DNA of 64,000 bases from Candidatus Xenobia bacterium (GTDB lineage Bacteria; Vulcanimicrobiota; Xenobia; Xenobiales; QWHO01): positions 1 through 64,000 of the forward strand of contig BTUM01000017.1 in the NCBI GenBank assembly GCA_045863235.1, written 5' to 3'. The notes under the pieces were generated by a model. It did not search any database. It was not told the DNA's origin and was given only the letters and a program-made list of their open reading frames with translations. This document shows positions 18,360 through 30,134 of this stretch, one piece after another (the stretch's first letter is position 1; every line of letters starts with the position of its first letter). Position numbers and translations under genes: made by a program.

Positions 18360-18454
18360 GCCCACACTATACCAGATATCCCAACCCTCCCCGGTGGACC
18401 CGGGGCAAGGCCAAAGAGCTGAACGCCCTGGCCGTCCTGCTCGTCGTCTGAGAG

Positions 18455-19177
18455 TCAGGACGGGCTGATGCGCACTCGCTGGGAGGGGTGGCGCAATCGG
18501 AAGGCAACCAGCCGACCGAGCTGCACCAGGTACTGGCGGATCACCTTGAAGTCGAGCTTGCTCTGACCGGCCTTGCGGTCGGTGAAGACGTAGGGCACCT
18601 CCACGAAGGTGCGGTAATGGCCGCGCACCAGCACCTCCAGGCCGATCTTGAAGCCGATGGGGTCGAGCGTGACCCCCTCGATCACCTCGCGACGGAAGAC
18701 CAGGTAGCCCGAGGTGACGTCGCGCACCGGGCAGATGGCCTGACCCAGAAAGCAGGCCACCCGGGAGATGATCTGGCGGCGCAGCGGCCAGTCTCCCATC
18801 CCCCCGCCGGGCACATAGCGCGAGCCCACGGCCACGTCGGCGCCTCCTTCGGCCACCATGCGCACCATGGTGGGCAGGATGTTCCAATCGTGGGACATGT
18901 CCGCATCCATGACGGCCAGGAGGTCGCCGGTGGCGCGTTTCCAACCATCGATAACGGCCGAAGAGAGGCCCAGCTTCCCGCTGCGGTGGACCGGGAGCAC
19001 CTTGTGCGTTCGGGCCAGCTCGTCGGCCAGCTCTCCGGTGCCGTCCGGGGAGTTGTCGTCCACGATGACCAGCTCGTAGTCGATGCCGGTGCGCTCGAGC
19101 ACGGCGCTGAGGCCTTCCACCATCGCCCTCAAGCCGTCGCGCTCGTTGTAAGTGGGGATGACCAGCGAGATCTTCAC
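18455..19177 (-). CDS. GT2 polyprenol-phosphate mannosyltransferase-like glycosyltransferase
   Basis: SLVIPTYNE, IVDDNSPDGT, VMDADMSH, GSRY, FTDRKAGQSK. Confidence 0.92.
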   Translation of the reverse strand: MKISLVIPTYNERDGLRAMVEGLSAVLERTGIDYELVIVDDNSPDGTGELADELARTHKVLPVHRSGKLGLSSAVIDGWKRATGDLLAVMDADMSHDWNILPTMVRMVAEGGADVAVGSRYVPGGGMGDWPLRRQIISRVACFLGQAICPVRDVTSGYLVFRREVIEGVTLDPIGFKIGLEVLVRGHYRTFVEVPYVFTDRKAGQSKLDFKVIRQYLVQLGRLVAFRLRHPSQRVRISPS

Positions 19178-19635
19178 AAGGTGATGACCTTCCAGGCCGT
19201 CAGCAGGTGCTCGCAGATGTTGTCCATGTCGGCGATGGAGCCCACCTTGATGGATTCCTCGATCTTGTACTCGTCCACCGACAGCACGCACACCATGACG
19301 CGCACGCCCTGCTCGCTGAGCACCATGAGGTCGCTGAGCACCGAGGAGCCCTCGGCGGCCAGGTGCACGGCCTCGTTGATCAAGATGAGCGAGCGCGGCT
19401 TGACCCGGTTGTGCACCATGGCCTGCAGCAAGAACTTGAGCAGCCGCTCTCCCAGCTCGGGGTTGCCGTGTCCGAGCACCCTGGAGCCGAGCAGCACCAC
19501 GATGTTCTTCTGAGAGCTGGCCGGCGAGACCTTGGCGGTCTGGGTCTCCTCGAGCTCGGCGAAGTCGCCCCGGATCATGCGCAGGTAGTAGTTGAGGTCC
19601 TTTTCGGCAAAGGTCGGGGGCATGGAAGGCGTCAT
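19174..19635 (-). CDS. DsrE/YedF-like protein lacking the TusA domain
   Basis: LGHGNPELGERLL..FL, LIN.AV.L..EGS..L.DL, VG.IADM..I. ATGA-coupled to the NlpC gene. Confidence 0.8.
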   Translation of the reverse strand: MTPSMPPTFAEKDLNYYLRMIRGDFAELEETQTAKVSPASSQKNIVVLLGSRVLGHGNPELGERLLKFLLQAMVHNRVKPRSLILINEAVHLAAEGSSVLSDLMVLSEQGVRVMVCVLSVDEYKIEESIKVGSIADMDNICEHLLTAWKVITL

Positions 19636-20543
19636 GGGGCGGAGATCCTCAACCGTTCTGCCTGGGGGGCGCCCAGCACCCGCCGGGCTCCCTGGAACTT
19701 GTAGTCGTAATCGGTGAGCGGGCTGGAGTCCACCCCCAGGCTGCCGGAGGCGTGCAGCATCTTGCCCTGCCACATGTAGATGCCCACGTGGGTGATGTCG
19801 CTCTGGCTCTTGCCGAAGAAGAGCAGGTCTCCGGGGGCCAGCTCCTTGCGGCCCACCGGAGCGCCCACCTCGAACTGCTGGTCGGCGTCGCGCGGCAACT
19901 CGTAGCCGTGCAGGCGGTAGACGGTGTAAACCAGTCCCGAGCAGTCGATCCCCTGGCTGGACATGCCGCCCCATAGGTAGGGGGTACCGGTCAGCTGGGC
20001 GGCGCTGTCTACCACGGTGCGCCCATCGGGGGCGGGGGAGACCCCGTCCAGTGCCACGGTGACAGCCTTGACGTAGACCGGCTCGCTCCGGCCGGGGATG
20101 AGCACGGGCAGCCACTCGGCCGCCGGATCGTCGGTGGGGGCCTTGACCAGGCGGGTGCCCAGATAGGCCCAGCTGACGACCTTGCCCTGGGAACCGGGCT
20201 CGTCACGCAGGGCCGTCTTGGCCGCCCGGACCGTGACCGCCGGGGGCAGCTCGGTCTGGGTGCCGGTCACCAGGTGCTTGCGCAACATCCAGCCCGGATA
20301 GCCCTCGGGGGTGCGGTACTGCTCGGTCACCAGAACCCGAGCCCACTCACCCGAGGTCTTGAGGATCAACACCCGATCCCACATCAAGACCTGGGTCACT
20401 CGCTCGGAGCCGTGCGAGGGAGAGGCGTGCACGCTGGCCACGCTCACCGCCACGCGGGCTTCCTGCCCGCGGGCGGCCTGCACCTGCACGGTCAGGCACC
20501 CGAGCAGGGAGATCCAGGCAAAGAGCAGAGTGCGCCGGGTCAT
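19632..20543 (-). CDS. SH3b + NlpC/P60 peptidoglycan peptidase (YkfC-like)
   Basis: Signal peptide, Y.GW, GTPYLWGG.S..GIDCSG, PRDA.QQ, PGDLLFF, THVGIY, MLHAS. Confidence 0.93.
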   Translation of the reverse strand: MTRRTLLFAWISLLGCLTVQVQAARGQEARVAVSVASVHASPSHGSERVTQVLMWDRVLILKTSGEWARVLVTEQYRTPEGYPGWMLRKHLVTGTQTELPPAVTVRAAKTALRDEPGSQGKVVSWAYLGTRLVKAPTDDPAAEWLPVLIPGRSEPVYVKAVTVALDGVSPAPDGRTVVDSAAQLTGTPYLWGGMSSQGIDCSGLVYTVYRLHGYELPRDADQQFEVGAPVGRKELAPGDLLFFGKSQSDITHVGIYMWQGKMLHASGSLGVDSSPLTDYDYKFQGARRVLGAPQAERLRISAP

Positions 20544-21637
20544 TTCAAGTCCTTCTTGTCGGGAATCTTCAACATTTCACCCTGAAAGAGGTCGTAGTTG
20601 GGACCCTTGAGTCCGTTGGCGCGGGCCAGGGCTTTGAGAATCTTGGGATCACTGCTGCCATAGTACTTCTCGGCGATGCGTCCCAGCGTGTCGCCCGCCC
20701 TGACCTTGTGACTGCGGGTCTTCCCGGGAGTGGAGGGGGGAGGCGAGGTGGCTGCCACCGGCGTGGGCTCGGGCGTGGGCGAGCCCATGAGCTCCTGGTC
20801 GATGACCTGCATGGCCGCCAGGTGCTGCTCGAGGTCGGTCAGCCGCTTGGAGAGAGCATCAAGTCGCTTGATCACCTCTTTGTCGCCGGCACTCGAGCTC
20901 GTTCCCTGCACCACTGTAGCCCCCGGCCGGAAGAAGATCAGGGCCAGCAGGTTGGCCAGCAAGAGCAGCACCACCAGGGTATCGCGCGGCTGCCAGGTCG
21001 GGCGCCGCAGCATGCGCTGGATCTTCTCCAGCGAGCGTTCCAGATAACGTTCCTTGAGGTGCTCGTCGGCGCGGACGGGGACGGACTCCTGGGTCACTTC
21101 CTTGAATGTCTCCTTGCCGTAGATACGAAAACCGGGGCAGGCGGCCAACTGGCCACCCACGTCCGTATAGAAGGTCCGGTCGCGCTGGGTGGGATCTTCC
21201 ACGTAGAGAATTTGCCAGGAGTCGCGAAACTGGGCTTTGTGGACCTCGCGTTCCTCGCTGGAGAGCTCGAGGCCGGTGCCAGGGTGGGTGTGGAACCAGC
21301 CCAAAATCTGCAGGTCGGGATAGCGGTGACGAGCGATCCGGCGGGCATACTGGAAGACCCGCGAGGTGAAGCGGCCAGCCTCTTCGGCGATGCCACACTC
21401 CACCGCTTCCTCCACCAGGATGTATTTGCCGTCTCGGGCCATCCGGCCCAGCAAGAGGCCGGCCAGCTCACGGGAGGTGTCCTTGAGGGCAAACTCCTCC
21501 ACGGCACGGAACAGATCGTAGCGCAGGTAGATGCGCGGCTCGGTGCCGGCCTCCTGACCAACCTGAAAAAAGTCGGTGGGCTCGACCATCTCGGCCGATC
21601 GGGCGTCGGCCCGGGCTTGGGAAGAGGCCACGCTCAC
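20540..21637 (-). CDS. JAB/MPN domain - TM - coiled coil - LysM protein
   Basis: ELAGLLLG, GWFHTHPG...SSEE (JAMM-like), TM LVVLLLLANLLALIFF, LysM HKVRAGDTLGRIAEKYYG...ANGL...G.ML.IP. Confidence 0.88.
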   Translation of the reverse strand: MSVASSQARADARSAEMVEPTDFFQVGQEAGTEPRIYLRYDLFRAVEEFALKDTSRELAGLLLGRMARDGKYILVEEAVECGIAEEAGRFTSRVFQYARRIARHRYPDLQILGWFHTHPGTGLELSSEEREVHKAQFRDSWQILYVEDPTQRDRTFYTDVGGQLAACPGFRIYGKETFKEVTQESVPVRADEHLKERYLERSLEKIQRMLRRPTWQPRDTLVVLLLLANLLALIFFRPGATVVQGTSSSAGDKEVIKRLDALSKRLTDLEQHLAAMQVIDQELMGSPTPEPTPVAATSPPPSTPGKTRSHKVRAGDTLGRIAEKYYGSSDPKILKALARANGLKGPNYDLFQGEMLKIPDKKDLK

Positions 21638-22852
<1,215 letters not shown>

Positions 22853-22932
22853 GCCTCAGCGCGGACCGGGCCAAAGGGAGTCGTTTGGCGGAAGCGCGTT
22901 TTCTCCTCAACCGCGGGACTTCCCTCTTCGCG

Positions 22933-23652
22933 TCAGTTGGTGGCCTCTTTGCCTTTCAAGAACATGTCCGCGTCAGCCAGCTGCTTTTGCTGAATATCGC
23001 CACCCTCGCGAGCAGCCAGAAAGGCGTCGTAGCGGATCAGGCCCTTGCGCCGATCCTCGTCGACGTTGAGATACTCCAGGCCGATCAGCACCTTACGACG
23101 GTCCTTCTCCCGACACCAGACTACCTTGGCGTCCAGATTGAGCTCGGGCATCGTGCTCGAGTCGAGCTCGAGGGTGATGTTGACCTGTTTGCCCACCTGA
23201 AGGCTACCCTCGGCTTCGAGCTGCATGCCATGCATGCTGAAGTCGACCGTCAGACCCCGGTAGCCGGGCAGCTCGGGGCTGAGCACCCGAATGCTGGTGA
23301 CGTAGCGCCGGCTGCGCCGTCCAGCCGTGCCAGCATTGCCACGGGGAGCCGACTTGAGCCGCTTTTTAATCTCACCCAGCGCCTCCTCGCTCAACCCGGT
23401 CTCGCCGACACAGAGGAAACCGCCTCCCGGATTGGGACGGCTGGTGATAATCTTGGCGTTCATGTTGAGCTTCTGCATCTGGCCGGGTTTGTCCGGCAAG
23501 GGAACGTCGAGCCGGATGGAGATCACCCGACCCGGCTGCTGGGCCCTCTTCATGAGGAAGCTGATGGTCTTACCCTCGGAGTCGACAAACTCGACCAGCG
23601 GGGGACCGAACAGACCAAACATTATCGGTTGGCGTTCCGCCTCTTCCGGCAA
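22933..23652 (-). CDS. PilZ domain protein (c-di-GMP receptor)
   Basis: RRSRRY (RxxxR) and DFSMHG (DxSxxG), A.VVW, GLEY. The start may be 23623. Confidence 0.85.
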   Translation of the reverse strand: MPEEAERQPIMFGLFGPPLVEFVDSEGKTISFLMKRAQQPGRVISIRLDVPLPDKPGQMQKLNMNAKIITSRPNPGGGFLCVGETGLSEEALGEIKKRLKSAPRGNAGTAGRRSRRYVTSIRVLSPELPGYRGLTVDFSMHGMQLEAEGSLQVGKQVNITLELDSSTMPELNLDAKVVWCREKDRRKVLIGLEYLNVDEDRRKGLIRYDAFLAAREGGDIQQKQLADADMFLKGKEATN

Positions 23653-23671
23653 GCTTTGGGAGGAGACAGAC

Positions 23672-24070
23672 TCACCCCAAGCACAAGCTCGGTTCCGTTC
23701 GAAAGTCGCGACTTCCTGCCTGACGGCTCTCTAACTGACGAATCTGACGAAGCCAGTCCACCAGCGAAAGACTGAGCCCCGCCAGGGGGGGCACCGTCCA
23801 GCGCCGGGGTGTACCCACCAGGAGCAACCAGCGGCAGCGGTCGGGTGTCAGGCGCAGCTGATAGCCCCGGCTCCCCCCCTCCAGGGTGATGCGATGGGTG
23901 CGGATTCGAGCGTTCCACTCCCGACCGGGCAGCTCGCGGACCAGCCAGTCCAGGGCCTGATCGGCGTAGAATTGCAGCAAGCTGGGCTCGACGGCGCGGC
24001 AAGGCGAGAGCGCCTCGGCCGATTCGGGCCCGCCAGCCGCCAGCGCCCGCTCAAAACAGCGCCGGCTCAC
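23672..24070 (-). CDS. Hypothetical protein (start uncertain)
   Basis: The 3' part of the ORF fills an otherwise empty gap. No motif recognised. Confidence 0.35.
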   Translation of the reverse strand: MSRRCFERALAAGGPESAEALSPCRAVEPSLLQFYADQALDWLVRELPGREWNARIRTHRITLEGGSRGYQLRLTPDRCRWLLLVGTPRRWTVPPLAGLSLSLVDWLRQIRQLESRQAGSRDFRTEPSLCLG

Positions 24071-24121
24071 GGGAAGGGGGAGCCGCCGAGGCGTGGAACT
24101 GGTGGCGCCTGGAGGTGCCTT

Positions 24122-24589
24122 ATGACTCTTGCAACCAACGTAAAAGCTCCCGATTTTGAGCTCGTTTCCAATAAAGGCGACAAAATCCGCCTTTCCGAGC
24201 ACCTGGCCAAGGGGCCGGTGGTGCTGGCCTTCTTCCCGCTCGCCTTCACCGGGGTTTGCACCACCGAGATGTGCGAGTTCCGCGACATGATGAGCGACCT
24301 GAACAGCCTGGGAGCCCAGGTCTTCGGGCTCAGCGTCGACAGCCGCTTCGCTCTGGACGCCTTTGCCCAGAAGAACGAGCTGCAGTTCCCGCTCCTGTCC
24401 GACTTCAACAAAGAGGTCGGTCAGGCCTACGGAGTGCTCTACGAAGACTTCCTGGGAATGAAGGGAGTGCACAAGCGCTCGCTCTTCGTGGTCGACATGG
24501 AGGGAACCATCCGCTACAGCTGGATGAACGAGAAGGCCGGTGAGAAGCCGGACCTCGCTCCCGTCAAGGAAGCGCTCAAGAATCTCTGA
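24122..24589 (+). CDS. Peroxiredoxin (AhpE/BCP-like)
   Basis: APDFEL, FFPLAFTGVCTTEMC, SVDS, FPLLSDF. GGAGG RBS. Confidence 0.93.
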   Translation: MTLATNVKAPDFELVSNKGDKIRLSEHLAKGPVVLAFFPLAFTGVCTTEMCEFRDMMSDLNSLGAQVFGLSVDSRFALDAFAQKNELQFPLLSDFNKEVGQAYGVLYEDFLGMKGVHKRSLFVVDMEGTIRYSWMNEKAGEKPDLAPVKEALKNL

Positions 24590-24639
24590 TCCTCGAGGGC
24601 GCGGAGAACCCCTCCGCGCCCTCCTGGAGGCCCCGAACT

Positions 24640-25581
24640 TTGCCAAAGTGGATCTTCTGGTTTACAACCTGGATCGCGCTGGTGTGTCAGACTGTGGCCA
24701 TGATCACCAGCGTCAGCGCAGCCCCGCTTTCCTGGCCCCAGAGGCTGCGCACCGCTCCCTCCAGCCGTGAGCTGACCCTGGGCCCGGTGCCCCGCGGCTT
24801 CGTGGCCGTGGACCCCAGCGACGGCTCGCTGGCCTACTCCGGCCCCTCGCTGGTCAAGCGGCGCCTGGAGGCCAACCAGGTGCGCCTGGTGGTCATGCGC
24901 CACGGCCAGTCGCAGTCCAATGCCGACTCCGAGCAGCAGGGCCAGATCCTGCTCTACGGCCAGAGCGAGAGCCCTCTGACCGAATTGGGCCGAGAGCAAG
25001 CCCGTGGCTGCGCCGCCGAGCTCTATCGCCAGTTGGGGGGCGACAGCTGGTTGCAGCAAGCGATGGTCGATCCACGCCAGTTGCCGGTATTCGTCTCCAG
25101 CCCGGTGACCCGGGCTTCCGAGAGCGCCGAGCTCCTCGTCGAGCACCTCAAGGAGCGCGTCACCGCCCTGGGTGGGCCGGAGGCGGCCTCACGCCTGGCA
25201 CCCTGGCTGCAGGTGCACACCGACCCGCGCCTTCTGGAAAGCCACTTCGGACGCTTCGAAACCCGCCCCCTGAGCGAGGTGGAGCGGGAGTTTCCCGACT
25301 TCATCGCCCACTGGCGCCCCCCCGAAGGGATGGGTACCGACTTTCGCCACCGCTTTCCGGGCGGAGAGAGCCGGTCGGACGTGATGAACCGCATGACCAG
25401 CTTCTTGGACAGCCTGGCCCTGCTCTACCCGGGTCGCACCGTGTGCGTCATGGGTCACGGCGAGTCGCTGCTCGGAGCCCGGGCGGTGCTCGGGCTGATC
25501 CCCCAGCAAGAGGGCAAGCTGCGTGCCCAGGGCGGTCTTCAGAACGCTACCCCCTACTGGCTGATCGGGCAGGGCAGGTAG
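24640..25581 (+). CDS. Histidine phosphatase family protein, probably exported
   Basis: RHGQS, SSP..RA, RLLE..FG..E, PGGES, GHG. Hydrophobic N-terminus. Confidence 0.88.
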   Translation: MPKWIFWFTTWIALVCQTVAMITSVSAAPLSWPQRLRTAPSSRELTLGPVPRGFVAVDPSDGSLAYSGPSLVKRRLEANQVRLVVMRHGQSQSNADSEQQGQILLYGQSESPLTELGREQARGCAAELYRQLGGDSWLQQAMVDPRQLPVFVSSPVTRASESAELLVEHLKERVTALGGPEAASRLAPWLQVHTDPRLLESHFGRFETRPLSEVEREFPDFIAHWRPPEGMGTDFRHRFPGGESRSDVMNRMTSFLDSLALLYPGRTVCVMGHGESLLGARAVLGLIPQQEGKLRAQGGLQNATPYWLIGQGR

Positions 25582-25665
25582 TCCATCGCGCTCTTCGCGC
25601 AGGCATCAGTTCACTTTACATCTTTGTAGCATCTCGACCCCCTGCCTCTTGTTACCCTTTGAAGC

Positions 25666-26637
25666 GTGCAAGTGAATACGCTTTCGATGTCTCCCACGCT
25701 GTCGCTGTTGCGTCCGCAATCCTCGGCAGCACCGTGGCAACCCGTCGACCGCTTCGAGCCTTCCACCCCGGACGACTCGGCTCTCTTCAAGTCGCTACGC
25801 CAGATGGCTGCTCAGCAGCCCTACTACGACGCCAGTGCCGATCGGGAGAAGCAGAGGGCCTACTACGGCGACCTGACGTCTCGCATCGAGCGGCTCAACC
25901 CGCAGGAGACCTATCGCGAGCTCAGCACGCTCGTCGAGCGCACCCACACCACCGAGCTGCCCTACAATCCGTCCGAGACCCTCTACCCCTGGGTCGACCT
26001 GCGTCCGGATGGCCAGTTGCACAGCATCTACTCGGGCTCCCGGACCGACGCCGCCTCGCTGATCGAAGACGACAAGCGCCGCCAGGCTGACCTCGACAAG
26101 GCTTTGAAAGAAGCCCGCGAGGCCGCTCTGAAGGAGGGACGCGACCCCGAGCAAGCGGTCAAGGACGCATATCAGGGATTCCACCTCAACTGCGAGCACG
26201 TGGTGCCCCAGTCGTGGTTCGACAAGCGCTCCCCCATGCGCGGCGACCTCCACCACCTCTTCGCCTGCGACGTCGACTGCAACTCGCTGCGGGGCAATTC
26301 GCTCTACACCGACTTTCCCGAGAAAGTGGGCGGCGATTGCGGCAAGAAGGCCGAAGACCAGAACCGCTTCGAGCCGGCCGCTGGCAAGGGCGCGGTCGCC
26401 CGGGCCACGCTTTACTTCCTGCTGCGCTACCCGGGTCAGGTAGGCGATGAGAGCGGCGAATACCGCCAGGCCGACATCCCCACCCTGCTCAAGTGGCACC
26501 GCGAAGACCCGGTGAGCGACTATGAGCGCCACCGGAATGTCGCCATCGAAGGCAAACAGGGCAACCGCAACCCGCTGATCGACCATCCCGAGTGGGCCGA
26601 CCGCATCGACTGGAACCTGGGACTGGGCAGGCACTGA
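25666..26637 (+). CDS. Endonuclease I family (His-Me finger) nuclease
   Basis: NCEHVVPQSWF, DLHHLF, CNS.RGN, KGAVARA..YF..RY, ER.RN..I...QGNRNPLIDHP. Confidence 0.93.
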   Translation: MQVNTLSMSPTLSLLRPQSSAAPWQPVDRFEPSTPDDSALFKSLRQMAAQQPYYDASADREKQRAYYGDLTSRIERLNPQETYRELSTLVERTHTTELPYNPSETLYPWVDLRPDGQLHSIYSGSRTDAASLIEDDKRRQADLDKALKEAREAALKEGRDPEQAVKDAYQGFHLNCEHVVPQSWFDKRSPMRGDLHHLFACDVDCNSLRGNSLYTDFPEKVGGDCGKKAEDQNRFEPAAGKGAVARATLYFLLRYPGQVGDESGEYRQADIPTLLKWHREDPVSDYERHRNVAIEGKQGNRNPLIDHPEWADRIDWNLGLGRH

Positions 26638-26661
26638 CCGATCCGGCCGGAATGAGCCCTC

Positions 26662-27231
26662 ATGGTCATGAGCGATCTGGTCACGGCCCTGATTCGGGCT
26701 CAGGAGGTTCGCGACGCCTGGCTGGCCGAGCACAGCCTGCGTGTCTCCTGCCTGGCCAAGCTCCTGGCCGAGACGCTCAACCTGGGACGCGAGTTCGCCG
26801 AAGAGGTGGCCTGCGCCGGCTACCTGCATGACCTGGGTATGCTGGGGGTGAGCGAGAACGTCCTGACCAAGCCAGCCAGCCTGACCGAGCCCGAGATCGC
26901 CGAAGTACGCCGCCATCCAGAGCTGGGCTTTCAGATTCTCGACAGGTTGCAGACCCTGCCCCAGACCGTGGCCCTGGCGGTGCTGCACCACCACGAGCGC
27001 TGGGATGGCTCGGGCTACCCGAGCGGACTGAAGGGCGAGAGCATCCCGCTGGCCTCGTTCATGATCAGCCTGGCCGAGAGCTGGGATGTGATGACCCACA
27101 CCCTGCCTTATCGTGACGCGCTGCCCCCTGCCGAGGCCCGCGAGCGCATCGTGCGAGGGGCTGGCAGGCAGTATCATCCCGAGCTGGCGGGCGTGTTTTG
27201 CGATCTACCGGTGGTGGGACTGGCCCGCTAA
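26662..27231 (+). CDS. Stand-alone HD-GYP domain protein
   Basis: HSLRV, LHDLG, HP..G, HHERWDGSGYP.GL.GE.IP. Confidence 0.9.
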   Translation: MVMSDLVTALIRAQEVRDAWLAEHSLRVSCLAKLLAETLNLGREFAEEVACAGYLHDLGMLGVSENVLTKPASLTEPEIAEVRRHPELGFQILDRLQTLPQTVALAVLHHHERWDGSGYPSGLKGESIPLASFMISLAESWDVMTHTLPYRDALPPAEARERIVRGAGRQYHPELAGVFCDLPVVGLAR

Positions 27232-27245
27232 GGCGCCGAGCAGGT

Positions 27246-28247
27246 TTACCGGACCAGCGGGATGACCTCGGAGGCAAAGCGCTCCAGCGACTCGCCGCTC
27301 ACCGCCTCTGGGAAGTAGACGATGAAGTAGCGCACCCGTGCGTGGTCGCGCAGATGAATCAAGCGCTCGGCGATGGGAGCCGGCTCACCGATGTAGGCCC
27401 CTTGCTTCCAGTCGGCTATGGCGGCCGGGCTGCGACCCGCGGCCGCCAGCACCCGATCCACCTCCGACTCGGGCCCCACGAAGGCGTTGATGTTCAGGGT
27501 ACGCTCGATGTCAGCCGGATCGCGCCCGATCTCCTCGCAGTACTGGTCGAGCAGGCGGTTCTTGCGCTCGAAATTCTCGGCGTCGCCAAAGAAGTTGGAC
27601 AGGTTGGCGTGGCGAGCCACCACCCGCAGCGTAAGCTGCTCGCCACCGCCGGCCACCCACACGGGGGGATGGGGCTTTTGAACCGGCACCGGGTAGTTGA
27701 GGGCGCCGTCCAACTCGATCTCGTGGCCGCGAAAATCCTTCACCCGGCCATGGCCGACCGTGTAGTACTTGCCCTGGAACTGGTAGGGACCGCCCTTCCA
27801 GAGGCCCTTGATGATCTCCAGGGCTTCACCCAGGGCCCCGATGCGAGCCGCCGGACGCTCGAAGGAATAGCCGTAAGCGACCGTCTCGTGCTGATACCAG
27901 CCGGCCCCGTAGGCGAACTCGAGCCGACCGTTGGAGATCACGTCCACGTTGGCCGAGATCTTGGCCATCAGGGCGGGAGGACGGTAGATGTTGCAGCCGC
28001 ACATGTGGCCCAGGCGGATGCGCTCGGTGGCCTCGGCCAGGCCGGTGAGGGCGGTCCAGGCCTCGAAGGTCGCCTCCGGAAGGGCCTGGGGGATGGTGTG
28101 AAAGTGGTCGTAGAGCCAGAGCGAATCGTAGCCGGCGGCCTCGGCCCGCCGGGCCACCTTCTTCACGGCCTGCCACTGGGGATAGCCCGGCTCCACGCCC
28201 ACCAGATCCAGGCGCCAGCCCTGGGGAACAAAAGCTCCAAAACGCAT
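27246..28247 (-). CDS. LLM-class F420-dependent oxidoreductase
   Basis: PQGWRLDL, W.YDHFH, FEAWT, YR.PA..AK....VD.IS.GRL, GAGW, P.PVQ.PHPP..VAGGGE. Confidence 0.92.
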   Translation of the reverse strand: MRFGAFVPQGWRLDLVGVEPGYPQWQAVKKVARRAEAAGYDSLWLYDHFHTIPQALPEATFEAWTALTGLAEATERIRLGHMCGCNIYRPPALMAKISANVDVISNGRLEFAYGAGWYQHETVAYGYSFERPAARIGALGEALEIIKGLWKGGPYQFQGKYYTVGHGRVKDFRGHEIELDGALNYPVPVQKPHPPVWVAGGGEQLTLRVVARHANLSNFFGDAENFERKNRLLDQYCEEIGRDPADIERTLNINAFVGPESEVDRVLAAAGRSPAAIADWKQGAYIGEPAPIAERLIHLRDHARVRYFIVYFPEAVSGESLERFASEVIPLVR

Positions 28248-28249
28248 GC

Positions 28250-29536
<1,287 letters not shown>

Positions 29537-29552
29537 TTGCGTCTCCCTTATG

Positions 29553-30041
29553 CTAATCCACCGCCTGGGGCCAGGCATCGTTCTTGCCGGTCCACAGCGG
29601 CGCCCCGAACTCGGAGCTGAGCTGGTTATCGAGATTGTCTGCGTAACCCGAGATCCGATCGATCATCTCCTCAGCCTCGCCGGCATCCATGCCCCGCAGC
29701 GGACGAATTCCCAGCAGATGAACCTCCGAGCCCCGCAGCGTCAAGGTGGCCTCCACCAGCTGGTCGTTCAGCTCGAGCAGGCGCCGAAAAAAGCCCTCCT
29801 GATTGGTGCTGGGCAAGGTGAGAATGGGGCAGTCGACCATGAAATAGCCCTCCTCCTCTTCACCGAGCAACTCGACGTAGACGACCGCTGACCCGCGCTG
29901 CAACAGCCACGAGTATTCCTTGTCGCGGCCGGTCTCTTCGCGGTTGCGATCGGGGTCGATGCCGAGGCCGCTGAGGATGTCCTCAATCAGTTCCTTGTAG
30001 CGCTCGAGGCTGGGGCGTTCTTTGAAGAGCGAACGAAGCAT
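29553..30041 (-). CDS. YbjN/CesT-like (type III chaperone fold) protein
   Basis: Small acidic protein with W...GSA.V.V, P...LP......F.RRLLELN and a C-terminal amphipathic helix AD.LD..L..EFG. Confidence 0.75.
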   Translation of the reverse strand: MLRSLFKERPSLERYKELIEDILSGLGIDPDRNREETGRDKEYSWLLQRGSAVVYVELLGEEEEGYFMVDCPILTLPSTNQEGFFRRLLELNDQLVEATLTLRGSEVHLLGIRPLRGMDAGEAEEMIDRISGYADNLDNQLSSEFGAPLWTGKNDAWPQAVD

Positions 30042-30134
30042 GGAGGGCTTCTCCGTTCCCGGCCGGGCGGCTGACCTCCTTCCCCCGGGGCCTGCCCCAC
30101 GGGGTTTCCGAGGACGGGCGCCGAAGGTCGGGCC

